Assembly (NCBI GenBank): GCA_012295275.1 | Contig: CM022679.1 | Location: forward strand, 15,066,001-15,130,000 | Direction of reading: 5' to 3' | From: Chrysomallon squamiferum | Taxonomy: Eukaryota; Animalia; Mollusca | Length of the DNA stretch: 64,000 nucleotides | In this document: one piece after another, positions 13,985-28,200 of the stretch | How the letters are laid out: each line of letters starts with the position of its first letter | Position numbering within the stretch: position 1 is the stretch's first letter | Made by a program: the position numbers and the translations under genes | Notes under the pieces: model-generated | Told to the model about the DNA's origin: nothing | Databases searched by the model: none | The model's input: the letters and a program-made list of their open reading frames with translations, nothing else

Positions 13985-15578
13985 CATTTTTGAATACTTC
14001 ATAATTCTCGAGATTATTTACTCTGCTAACAATACAAGCCCTTTTATTTACATTTTTTAAAAAAATATAATAACAAAACAAAAATGAAAGTTGTAAAACG
14101 TTTTTCAATAATTTCCTTTTTAAAATAAAATAAAATGAAAGTAGAAAGTATTAGTAATAGTATATAAATAATAATAATAATAATAATAATAGTAATAATA
14201 TTAAAAAAATATATTTATAATAATAATAATACAGAAATCCCTTTAGAATCTTTTATATTGATTTGTTTTCGCAACAAAACGTCATTTATTTGAAGATATA
14301 TTAATCAAGAAATGTTTATTTGAGAGATTAATGAATGGTCGAAATTATTTATCACGGACCATCGCGTGCATATCCTTGGCAGCAGTGCTGTCGCCATGGT
14401 AACATTAAGAATGTCATTAAGAACGATTTCGGATAGTTTGACATTGGTTTATATTTGTTGTGCCGATTGCCATGGATGTGCTAATGGTGTTTTCAAATAT
14501 AATTTTCAAATATGTATTCATTGTTTTGCCGTTGTCATTTAATACAGAAAGTGTTTTTCTAACGGTACTGAATAACTCAACGAGTGAGCCGAGAAGCCAA
14601 TGCAAACACGTTAGTTAAAATAGTTATAGGACCAAACGTAATTTTACGCTGTTTTACGTTGTGTGCTTAGATCAAATTATGCAACTTTGGAAACACTATG
14701 TTTACACTTCATTTTATTAACTTTCGTTTGTTGACAACCAGAAGGTCAATTAACAACAATTGTTTAGGGGCGAAAAATAATATTCTTTTCTTCTTATTCT
14801 TTTTTTTTTTTTTTTCTTTCTCTTTTTTATTTTTTTATTTCTATTCTTTTCTTTTCTTTTTTAATAATCATTACTTTCTTTCTTTCTTCTTTTCTTTTAA
14901 GATATTATTTTTAGCATTCAATACACTTATTGATTCTCTTAAGCTAATAGTTTCAATGGTTTTTGCCCAAGGCTGTTCGATCGTACTTTCGTTCGATGAT
15001 GAATTTGAATGCTTTCAAAATATTTTATGTATGTTAAAAATAATTAAGACATTCATAAATGACATTTCAAAAGGTTATCGCTACATTGATGTATCGTTTC
15101 TTAATATCTAGTGAAAGAACATCAATAAAAATAAATATCTACAAATGAAAATAAAGTATGAAGTGTTTGCTAGAAATGGCCATGAGTTTGAAAAGCCGAT
15201 AAACACATATTACAGTTCAGGGACGGATCCTAAATCCTGGGGATGCATGATCCTGATGGATGTTACTTTCGAAATTAAATTAGTTTGATTATATAGAAAA
15301 ATATCAAAAGAAAAAAAAAGACATCTGGATGCAGGATCCGCGTAAACGTAATATTAAAACTATTTTCAAGGAAACAATGACAATAATTTTAATGTCTACA
15401 TGAAGTTATAAGCCTTTTAGAGGATATATTGCATTCCAGATTCTAACCTAACAATAATATCAGTAACAATTATTATTATTATTATTATTATTTATATTAT
15501 TCATTCATTTATATATCATTTATCTATCAGTGTATATGTGTGTGTGTGTATATTTATATATAGATAGAGAGAGAGAGG

Positions 15579-15652
<74 letters not shown>

Positions 15653-15985
15653 TCTTTCATATTTCATGAAATTTTAATATGTACTTCAGGTTTTGTTGCT
15701 GCTGATGAAGATGATGTCGTCCCTGGTCAACGTAACAGAAACGGCGACGACGACACGGACAGTCTGGACGGGCTAAACAGACAAAACAACAGACGTACCG
15801 GGAACGACTTCAATCTGTCGCTAATGTTGGAGACAATGGGAGGTGACGATTTGGGAAACATGTTCAGAGAAATGGGCAGAATGCTACCAAACATCTCTCT
15901 TGGCTCAAAACGTATGAAATAGTTTCAGACTGCTAACTGCGTCACATAACAATTCATTGGTTCAAAAAGAAAATTTGCAAAAACA

Positions 15986-16018
<33 letters not shown>

Positions 16019-16471
16019 GATAATCTAATATATCTCTTGTTTCAGTTTGTAAAACGTTTACTATTGTAACATATAGTAATAGTAGTTAACATGTATGATT
16101 TAGAAAAGTAACTGCCAATTATTATTACTTCTAATTACATTCCGTAGTTCAAAACATGTTACTGATTATGCGGGCACTTTTTTTTTTTTTTTAAATCTCT
16201 CTATGGGTGTTTGTGTGCGTGCGTGTGTGTTTGTATGTGTGTTGTGTGCCGGTTATGTCTGTGAATATCTTTATATGTGTCAAAATGTTTTATTTTGCTA
16301 AAATAACATTCTATACTTTCCCCATTGTTGCTATCTGTCTTCAGAATGTACTCATTCTGTATAGAAACTTTTTTTTTGTATCACTTTTTACCATGGACCA
16401 CCCCATCTACGTGAGCATGTATACAGGAACATAGGTGGATGAGTGTCTATATCTGTTTATGTATCAATGTA

Positions 16472-16535
<64 letters not shown>

Positions 16536-18193
16536 TGTAGTATGTACGTATGTATGTGTGAAAATGTATGTATGTATGTATGTACGTACGTAGGTATATA
16601 TAGTTGCGCTAATGTACACATGTGATATATGGGTTTGTATGTTCAAAGAATGTTTTTCCTTTTTAGTTAATTTCCCTGCGTTACTTCAAAACAATTCTTG
16701 TTTCCAAAATCACGAGAAAATGAAAGAACTGTTCAGCGACATATCAGGTATACTGACTCAGAGTGATGACAGCGGTGAAGCCAGCGACCTCATGAGTGAC
16801 CCAGACGATTTGTTTGAAAAACTTTCAGTAAGTTCTACAATACATTTTCCTTTACATTATTTTGTTCTGTTTACGTTTAATATTAAATTTGTTAATTCAT
16901 TCTTTTTCTTTCTTTCTTTCTTTTTTTTTTTTTTTTTTTTTTTTCAAGAATATTTAACACTTCTAAAATGTTTCATCAAAGTATTCGTACATTTTAATAT
17001 AACTCTTTTGGACAAATGAATGAATGAATGTTACTAATATTGTATTTTATTTATTTATTTAAAAAATATTTACTTATTTCTTTTGTATATATTAATAATT
17101 TACGAATTCATTCTTTCATTTCAGGACACTTCGGCGCAGTGTATTATGGGTTCAATATCAAACAGGACCAAAATGACTATGTGCCAAAAGTTTTCTCGCA
17201 GGAAAGGTTCAAAGACTTTTGGAAAACTGATGACGTCCGGCGTCGACTGCGTGTCGGTTCTCCTGAGCAGTCGTTACAACAAGAGCCTCGATAAAGATGA
17301 TGATGACGACGACGACGATGATGAGGTTGGTATGCAAATTGCTGATGAGGCCGGTTTGCAATAGCTTTTTATTTCTGCTTTAAGAACTTTATACTGTGAT
17401 AGCCATTGTTTTTTTCGTTGATAACATTACTGATCTATAAGAGTTAATGATGGTGTATAAAACATTGTGAAACACAAATAATTACTCTGTGCGTGCGTGC
17501 GTGCGTGCGTGTGTGGCGAACTTTAATCGGTCAAAAGCGAATAACATAAACAGACAGATATACAAAGAGACAGATTTATAGAGAGATAGAGGGATAGAAG
17601 AGACAAACAGACAGACAGATATTAAGTCAACCAATCAGCTATTTCAAATCTTCTTACATTCGTTGAAAATTCTTTATATTTTGGTTCAAGGGACATAACT
17701 CACTAACAGTGTCCTATGCCAAGAAGACGTAAGGCTGTCAACATTGATCTCCACTGACTTCTGCCAGCTTTTCCAGCAGTACCCAGTATCCTTTCATGTC
17801 CTTCTTTACTGTTCTCCTCCACTTTTTCTTTATGTGTTCCACACGCATGATTTCTGTTCATATATTTATTATAGAATTAACTAGAGAAACGAGAGTGCAC
17901 ATTAGTTTTAAACCTATGGGTAGGAGCGTGAAACGAGATATGTTCAATTCATTTCCTAACCATTCTCACTTATGTCATATTTTACAGTGTTAATTTTTTT
18001 CTTAACAGGACGAGCTTAGTCTGCATCAGCAGAAGTTGATTATGCATCAGCTACGAAAACGACCTTTCAGGATGTGGACTATGTCAGATGTCGACAGTGC
18101 GTGGCAGCTGGCGCCAGATTACATAGACGATGACCTCATTAGTGAATTACCAGACGATCTCTTTGAATCTAGGTAAATTTTAATAGATTTAAA

Positions 18194-18232
<39 letters not shown>

Positions 18233-21200
18233 TTTTCATTTGAACTTCAAACATTATACTGAATAAAACTGAAAATGCGAAATAATGTAAGTGAAATCCA
18301 TAAACTAAGGCGCGCGTGTCACTGGCAGTTTAGCGTTTATTTATTAGCAAAATAATAACTACTCTTTACAAATTAACACTAAGAATAGCGCCAGCTGAAA
18401 TATTTGTTTATTTCAAGAATTGCTTGATTATCTGTTCGAAAATAAAGTAAATAGAATTATTTCCATTCAACATAAGATTTATAACTACTCTGTCAGACTG
18501 GAATGAATAAACTGATATTCAGCTGCTGGGTGTCACACAAAAGAAAATCCATAAGATATAAATATGTTAATATATATTTAAAATTTAAATTAAATGTCAG
18601 CACGAAAATAAAATCACAGTTAGTTTTGGATGGAATAGTAAAAACGACCGTGTGCAGAGTTTTTCTTTGGCGTATACTAATAAGTTTGATATTTTTAAAA
18701 CATAAAACATTGGAATAAATTAAGGAAATAATATGACAACTTCCCCCCCCCCAAAAAAAAAAGAAGAATGATGGATATAAAATTAAAAGAAGAAACGTAT
18801 TATTTAAAAAAATTGTTATGGATATAAAATTACTATGGAACAATAAATTTATATACAAATAGAACCAATAGAGAATTATGCAGTAACACATAGAAATTAA
18901 AAAATAATATGGAAATAGTATATAAATAAGTAGATTAATGTGAATTAATTATTCTAAGTAATACATAGTAGATTAATCTATATTTTTTTGTAAATACTAT
19001 TACAGCATTGCCAAACTTGGTAGACTGATTGCAAAAGGCAGAGGGGCCATGACCTTACCCACTACACTGAGAAAGAGACTAACATCATTAAAACCGCCAA
19101 AACAACTTCGCGCAGACGACATAAGAAAACTTGGTCGTGGTTTTGCTGTTTTTGATGTAGATGACATTGATGAGATATCCAGCAATGAAGTAAGTTTCCT
19201 TAATAATAATATAATTAACACTAATTTACTTTTCAGTAAATTACTTTTGTCAGAGGCCGTCAAGAGTTGTTTCCCCTCAAACACTTCAGCTTTGGCGTCT
19301 GCTTTTATTGACGGAACTAAGGCTACAAGATCATAATATTAAGCTTAAAAGTTTATTGGAAGCTATGGGAGCCTCTGTTTATTTCGCAGTTTTTGCTTTT
19401 TACAGTATATGGTAAGCAATCCCAATTCTTGCGTATTTTTACGTTTGAAAAAAAAAAAATAATAAAAAATTAATAATACTAAATATAAAAAATATATAAA
19501 AAGACAGCAAGAACCCTACCGGGTCGACTTCGAATTAAACTTAAATTTTTAAGTAAAAGAATATTACGGTCAGCTTTATTTAATATTGACTAATGTTATT
19601 TTTAATTTTTGTTTTAGCTTTTCGAAGGTATTCTTGATGACTTTGACCTTGAAGAAGACGATCCAAGAAGCCTTGCAATTGGTCGAATTATGCAACAAGG
19701 AAGAGATTTTTCTACTTTCAAGCCAAATGATCTTAAAAAGTATATATATTTATTTATTTATTTAATCGCATATTTTCTTTCTTCAATTATTTCATTTTGA
19801 ATATATTTTGACTTATTTATTTACTTTATTTATTCATTAAATATTTATTTAATCATTCATTTTTTGTTTATTTATTTATTTATTCATCCATTTCAGACTT
19901 TTACCATTCCAGAAGGGCAATCCACAGTTTGCCAAGAAACTTAATCCTGATGTTTTGGCAGAAGCATTGTCACTGCTGTCTGACATGGACATAGGTGATG
20001 AGGTATTGTTACAAAAACAAATATTCTTATCTATTTCTTTACTTTTATGATAAATAAGAAACTTTTCACAGGTTTATGAAATAAAGGTAACACATATCAT
20101 CATTAAAAAAAGTTATACAAAACAACAAAAAAGCTTTAATTTTCAGTATTTGGCAACAGTTCAAATAAAAACTTGATTAAAAGACCATTGTCAAGAATCT
20201 AATAATGTTTTTAAATTTTTTTCGTATATATATTGTTTTTAAGATTCCATTATATAAGAGTAAAAAAAGAAAAATTAATGTTTCCAAAACTGTTTTTGAG
20301 TTTGTCTCCTGTTGCTCTTGGATTCATATATCATTGATCAACAAAAAAAGGCTTGAAAAATCTTTTTTTTATATTTAAATCATTAATTTCTTATCATTAT
20401 CTTCACAGCAGTGTTTTTAACTATTAAATTACATTCTCTTAATATCAGATATCTAACACATTGCTAAAACTTTTGATCAGGCTGGAGTTCTTTGCCGAAC
20501 TTTGAGAAGATCCCAGAAATTTGATGATGCAAACACTGTTTCAGCCACTGATCTACAGGCTTTGGGAAAAGTTCTGACAGGATGTGGTCAGTCATTTGTT
20601 AGCCAGCTACCAGCTCGAGCAGTTCAAAATGCACTGATGACAATAAAAATGTTGGACTTTGATGATTCAGAGGTATGAAAATGTTTATATAGGGAAAGAA
20701 ATGATGTCTTCTATAATGATATGTAAGAAATGTCATTCTCTCTCTCTCTCTCTCTCTCACATATTGCCATCACAGAATATTTAACTTTTTTAAAGAACTG
20801 TCAAAGTTATAAAATTATACTCTATCTAATTACATTTATTATTATTTTCAGGCAAGAGATCTGTTAGAGAAATTGAATCTTGGAGAGGTAGGCAGTGTCA
20901 TATTTTTATATATTTTCAAAATGAATTATGAAACATAATGGTATGTAAAGTTGTATTTGATATCAGTTAATGAATAATTTCTTTTTGATGAGATTATCTT
21001 GTTTTACTTATAAGCAGTTCTGAAATATATGTATATATTTTTTCATGTTTTTATATTATTTTCAGAATTAATTATGATACGCAATGGTATATGTATTTTA
21101 CATCAGTTAATGAATAGTGTGTGTATGGTTTTTTTGATAATATTATCTTATTCTACCAGCTCTGATACATATATACATATGTTTCTGATTCAGGCAAGGG

Positions 21201-24200
21201 ATTTGACAGAGCTAAAAATTGCAATGGTTGGCAAGCTTGCTAAAGCGTTTTCACTGGATGAATTTGAGAATATGCCTGATGATCTAATGGATGATGTCTT
21301 TGATGATCTTGACAGTGTTGACCTTGATGACTGGAAGAAACTAGCCATAGTCAGAAAGGTATGAAGATGATAATAATTATGACATGATTCAATGACAGGA
21401 TATAATGACATGCAGTTTTGATTAAAAACTACAGTAATAATTCATCTACAGCTAATTCAATTTAAAATCTAAAGCAATCATTTTGGAAATTTGTGTATCA
21501 TAATGTAGCAGTGGAAGAAAGGGTTGCTACATATATTCTTTGTTCATGCCATTCATCCACAATTCAAATTAGAAGAAATAAACAGAATGAAAAGGTGCTT
21601 GGATGAATTTATGGATACTTACTGTGTAACTCACCCAAACATTAAAATAAATACACATTCCTTATCAAATGCATGTAAAGAGTCTTACAATTTCATTTCT
21701 GCTGTTTTACAAAAATGTAAAAATATTTACATAATAATTCAAAAATCCAAGTGTACTACAACAACACAATTTAAAAACAAATAGAAATTTACAAAATATT
21801 CATCATTTATTTGGTTATTCTACCTTTAACAGATATAACAAAGGAGAAATATTTGTTTATATTTTATCTACACTGTTATATTTAATGTTTATCATTTTCC
21901 TTTCAGGCACTTCGAGCTGATGCTACTAAAACAAACAGTCTGATTTTTCAATATGCAGCATTTGCAAATATGCTGGGCATTGACGACATCTTTGATTTTG
22001 ACAGTTCAGACCTCAGAGACCAGTTACAGAAAGCAGTTGCTTTGAAAGTCAGACATAGCTTGGTCAGTATAATACATGATTTCTGACTTGTGAATTACTG
22101 ATATCAAGACAAAATCATGGAATTTGCTCTTTTTATTTATTTATTAATAAAAGTACAGACATTTTTCTTCTGCTTAACTGATTACTAGAACCACTTAGAC
22201 ACTGACAAAGAAACTTTATGACTAAATCCATATTTCTGAACATAACTGGCTGCCATTTTATTTTTGTTAACTCAATTTTTTCAATTTTGTTTGGTCAGTT
22301 CCTAGGACTTATTCATTACACAGATACATAAACCCATGAATTAACCAGTGATATTTCAATTCATCATCTTTTCATCAAAAACAGACGATGGAGCACCAAA
22401 ATTTATACTAAATGAAATTAAAAACTTAGGCTTGTTGAAGCAAAATAAAAGCCATAATGGTATAAGCTATATTAATCTTTTGATTTTTAAAAATTAATAT
22501 AAAAAAATATGTGTAAAAAAATCACAATTTGGCTACATTGTTATATAATTATAATAAACGTCAGGTTTGCACCATCATAATTATTAAATAAATATATCAT
22601 TGTACTTCTTTAAATCAAGGAAAAATGTTAAGTAAATTAACTGAAAATGCATAGCCGTTCAGAAGCCTGAAGACAGAAACACAATTTTATAACTGTATAT
22701 TTTCATAAGCAGAAAATCAACATCCGTACATATGTTATATAAATTACTGTTTTACTTCTTGATAAAACTACATTATATTATTATTTTTAAATTTTATAAT
22801 AATTTTACTGTATCTCTTTACCCAGGCTTCAGCCATTATGAACAAGCTGAAATCACTGAACCCTAAAAGAGGATCTTTCAGATCGAATGACTTGTATTCT
22901 GCTGGAAACATGGTGATTGGTCTGTCCCATGATGACATCATTGAGTTCCCAGATGACAGAGACGAGGTGCTAAGTTTGAGTGGAATTTTGTCTGACAAGA
23001 TAGACGATCTCACAGACTCACAGGTATTAGAATTAGAAAATGAAACAATTAATTGATGGATGAATGAATGAAGTAAAGAACAAACAAATGAAAGAAAATT
23101 TTAATATTAAAATTGATTAATTATCAACTACTGCTAATCCAGTTATAGTAACTGTTTTTGGTTAAATATTTTATTTATTTATTTAATTTGTTTATTTATA
23201 TATTGTTTAGGTTTTCATGTTTCTTTATTATTATTATTATTATATGCATATCCTATTATACTACAGTTGTTAATAACAAGTTGTAGATGTTGGAGAGTGT
23301 TTCAGATTATAAAGAAAACATAATTTTTATTTTCAGGTTGAAGATGTTGTTGACAAAATAAAGAAAATATACAATCTTGACGACAGTGATGTTGTGACAC
23401 TTGAAGAAGACGATGTTTTGCAAACTGCACCTTTTCTGATACATATGTAAATAATTTTATTTATTTATTTATTAAGCTATTTTCTTTGTTTTCTTTTTTT
23501 TTAATTACTATATGTTGTTTTGTCTTTAATTTACTTTAGTGTTTTTATTATTATTATTATTGGGTTTTTGGGAGGAGTTGATTTATTTATTTACTTGTTT
23601 TAGTTTTGTTTTGTCTTGAATTTCTTATTTCTGTTTCTATATATACTATTCTTATTTATAAATTTATATAACTTCAGGAAAGAAAAAGATTTTGATAAGT
23701 TGCGTTTCTCAAAACCAGCTAAAGCTGCATTTCTGCAGACCATTTTCAAAACCAGCAACAAGAAAAACAGCAAAAAACACATGCAGTATTTGTTTGACAA
23801 AGCTGTGGAAATGGTTCATGATCTGCATGATGACAAAAACAAGGTATGTTATATATTAATTATGTTTTTTTTATTAATGCTGTAATTACATGATTTTTTT
23901 ATTCAAACATTACAATAACTATATTCCCATTATATTACGTTATTTCAGCAAATTATTTTGTAATTTACGTATGAAATTATGAAAATAATTTTAGCAAAAT
24001 GAAAGAAAGAATAAATTAAACATAACAAGAAACCAGTTATCTGAATTAAAAAAAAAAAAGTAGTTATATACTGTCTTTAGCATTTTCCTAGTTAGTTTTA
24101 TTTTTAAAATGTTTTCCACTATAAAATAAATAAATAGTGTGTATTTGTCAGTGCGTCTGAAACTTGAAACTCTTAGGCACTGTCAAATATCACAGGAACT

Positions 24201-25166
24201 GGTGATTTCTCATCTGTGAAGTTGTGTAACAAAAGTAATAAACAAAAAAAAAATGTTATTTATCATTTTGTTAAAATACTTCTGTCTTATATACTTCATA
24301 AACATTAGTTTAGAGTCCTCTAATCTAGATATCAGTAAAAATAAAATAAAATAAACAAAAAATAAACTGCTAGATATCAGTAAAAAACAACAGGCAGCCT
24401 AACATTTTCAGTCTGTTATAATCTTTGCTATCAGTATTTTTTGTTTTTATTGTTTGCAGGGTCCAGATGATCTGGATGAGGTGAAGATCAGAGAGCTGAG
24501 TGGTGTTTTATCAGGGATAAGATCTCAGTATATTCGCCAGTTGCCTCGAGAGGCAATTCTCAGAAATCTGGATATTTTTGAAAAAGCTGATCTTGGTTCT
24601 GATGAAAGCAAAGCATTGGTTGAACGAGTTGATAGAGATGACCCGTAAGTTAGTTTATATATGCTTTTTTTTTTTTATATGTTTGGTTTATTTTTTGTTT
24701 ATTTTATTATATTTTTTTTTGGTTAATTTTATTTGTACTGACATGATTGCGTGTTTATATTTCTTTGGGTTAAATTACATATTTAGGTGCAAATGAATTA
24801 AATATATTTTCATCTAGTTCTTTATATATAATAGTGTACTGTTGTTACATCACTAAATGAAACAGAATTTTAAAATAACTCTGAAACGTAGTAAATCTTT
24901 ATAAAAAAAAAAATCAGTATATATATAAATCAATAATAATAATTATAATAGTTGCGTATAATGAATGTATACACAACAATACTGATATATTAATTAATAC
25001 TGATGACAGAATTTAAAATTCTGTGTTTGTGATATATTCATAATTTTCATTCAATTATTTTTGTAGTACGTGGAATTGTCGTCGAGAACGTCTGGCACAG
25101 ATTGCTCCATATTTACATCAGTTCAGTGAAGACAAACTGAAATCTATTTGTTCAGTAAGTTTTTAA

Positions 25167-25218
<52 letters not shown>

Positions 25219-28200
25219 ATTTCATTATTTTACAATCTTCTTTTGTTTTCTGTGATCTGTTTTGTGCTTATTATGTTCTTCGCAGTATTTATTTACTTCT
25301 TTTCAATTTTATATTAATTTATCTTATTCTAAAAAAAAATTCTTTATTTCATTTTACTCTAATTATTTTGTTTAAATGTTTAATTTTATTTATTCTCTTT
25401 AGGACAAATATATGTGTAGATCTGTTTGTGGATGTGTTTGTGTGTGTCATTATTCATACATTGATGTATATATTCATATGTGTTGAGGTTTTAATATAAT
25501 ACTTACTTTTAACATTGTAGCCAGAATTAGCTGCAGCAGGGACTGTAATAATGAAAGCAATGGAAAAGAAAGATGAGTATAACAAAGAAAGGAGTTCTGA
25601 AGGGTTTAGCAGAGAGGATGAGAATGTGAAGGAAGATAATCAAGGAAAAGTTACTGTTGTCAGACACATTGTGAAGAGTCTTAAAGATGACAACAAGAGG
25701 AGAAGAAAGAGAGCTTCAGGTGAGTGCTTTAACAGATTTGAACCAATGTTTTTTGGTACAAGAGTCCACAGTTGTAACCTGTATTTTGGATCTGATTATG
25801 ATTTATGTTTTCTATTTAAAATAGGATAAGGTGTACTAATTTGTGAGTGTATATCTATCTCTTTTTGTTTTCATCTATTTATACATCTGTCTATCTCTTT
25901 TTCTCAATCATTTATGTTTGTGTGTGTGTGCCTTCTCTGTCTCTTTTTCTTATCCATTTGTGTATGTAAATGTGTTTGTGTCTGTCAATCTCTCACACTC
26001 TCAGCTGTCTGTTTCTCATCTTTGCATGTGTATTGATCTCTCTTCATCTCTCTTTCTCTGTCTCTCTCAGTCTCTATCTCTCTATCTATCTCTTTCTCTC
26101 ATTCATTTTTACATAAAACAAAAATAATGCAGAAATTAAAGATCCACTATGACTGCCTTTTTTGGTCATGGTCTAATATGTTATAATTTGTGTATATCTT
26201 ATAGTAAAGGCCTGGTTTGGTTGTTTTCAAGGAATATAAAGCATAGAGCAAACATGTGAAATGTCATTTATTTTATACCAACAGGTGGTTTGACGTGTGA
26301 TGCCATTAAACTGATGTCTTCAAAAGTTACATTACTGGATATTGGTGAAATTGATCTAATTGATTCCAATGTAGAATTCAAAAACTGTTTTGAAAGACTT
26401 GGTTCCTATGGGGACTGGACTAAAGAACAACTACGTCATTTACTGGTTAAAGCAGAACAGGTAATAACTAATACTGAAATACAGAATTATTTTAATCCAT
26501 AAACTTGCATAGCATGCTTTCTTTTCTTCTTTCTTTATTCTCTTAATTAACAGAGGGTGGATTTAAGATGCTGGCATTCAGATTCTTACTTCTTTAAAAC
26601 AAAAGCAATCAGTCCAGGATGAATTAGCAGTTAAAGTGTTCCAGTTGATATTTGTTAACCAGCATTTTACCATGTATTTAAAGTAATGTTAAAAGAATAC
26701 TTAAAATATCAAAATTTATTTTCTGTGGAAATTTGTAGAAGATATATGTATGCACCATTGTCAATAAATAAAATAAATAAGTAAATAAAAAATAAAATAA
26801 AAAATATTCATTTTGCCACCCACCAAAAAATAATAATAATCATAAATAAAATATAATAAAATTAAAATAAATAAAATAAAATAAAAAATTAAATTAATAC
26901 ATGAAAATCATTTTTATTTAGTTCCTCTTTCTCAGCTGTAGTTTATCATTTTAAATCAGAGATTTTATTTAACTTGTTTTATTTTATTTTTTGCAGTCTT
27001 TTGGAAATGCCAAAGAATGGCCAGCACAAATTATCCGTGAGGGTGGCAGCATAGTTTCAGCAATTCCAGCCATCACTTTGGGGACCATGAATTTGTCATC
27101 ATCTGATATAATGGCAAAAATCAGTCAACATGGTCTGATGAACCAAGAGCAGGTATAAAGTGTTCATTTGTTTTTACTTCAGTTATATAATTCAAAAAAT
27201 TTAAAATGGTAATATGAATAGTGATATGTTGTTTAACTAAACATTTATTCATCTAATTTTGGGATAATTTATTGTTTTATTAATCATTTTTTTATTTCAT
27301 TAATATGACACATGTATATATGTATGTATGTAAATTTAATATATAACATTAACTTTAAATTGTTTTAACAAATCAATGGTTTTTAATTTGAATCAAACTA
27401 GAGTAAAATTAAGAAAACATAAGGCAATTAAGTTGGTGGATGACAAAATTATGTGATATTTCTGAAAATGAATGACACAGAAATAGTTGAAAAGTTCTTT
27501 TTAAACTATTTCTCTATTTTACAAGTGCATATTTATCTTCATGTAATTTAATTTTGATTTAATTGTTTATTAATATCAGTCACTGAGTTTGTCAGACAAC
27601 AAATCTATCATTCAGCTCAAACATGCAATATATAGTTAGTTATACTGAAAGATGTTTATATCCATGAATGATCCAATATGGTACTTAAATGAGTTACATT
27701 CTCTCACTATGATAGTCTCAGTGTAAAGTATTCATCAGATATAAGAAAAAAGTATATAGTGATATCACCAGTATCGGTAGAACCAGGAACATAAATTCAG
27801 ATGTGGAACTTGTACAATACCTTAAAATCTCTAGAAACAAGAATATTCTATATTTATTTTCATCTCTTCACTCCTTCATTTTGAATTTAAAAATCAGGGC
27901 ACTGACTTCTGTTTTCACTAGTTATATTTATTCAAGGAACTTGGTGTTTTCAGGGCTTTAAACATTTATGTTGTTTTACTAATTTAATTATATTATTAAT
28001 ATACCGTTATTTGTTTCAGCTTAGAGCTGCAGTTTATCGCTGGTTACATCTGAACAAGAAGAATGATGCTAAAAAGATAACTGGACCTGAACTGTCATCA
28101 TTGAAGGAATTTGTGTGTGGTTTAGACAATTCAGACATTGATCAGTTGCCATCAGAATCCTTCAAGTAAATACAATTCATCATTATTTATATTTATGTAT

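Noticed and set aside
19000-19284. Minus-strand ORFs overlapping real exons (also 21190, 22768, 28801, 50975, 52885)
   Set aside because: They are antisense shadows of the plus-strand coding exons.
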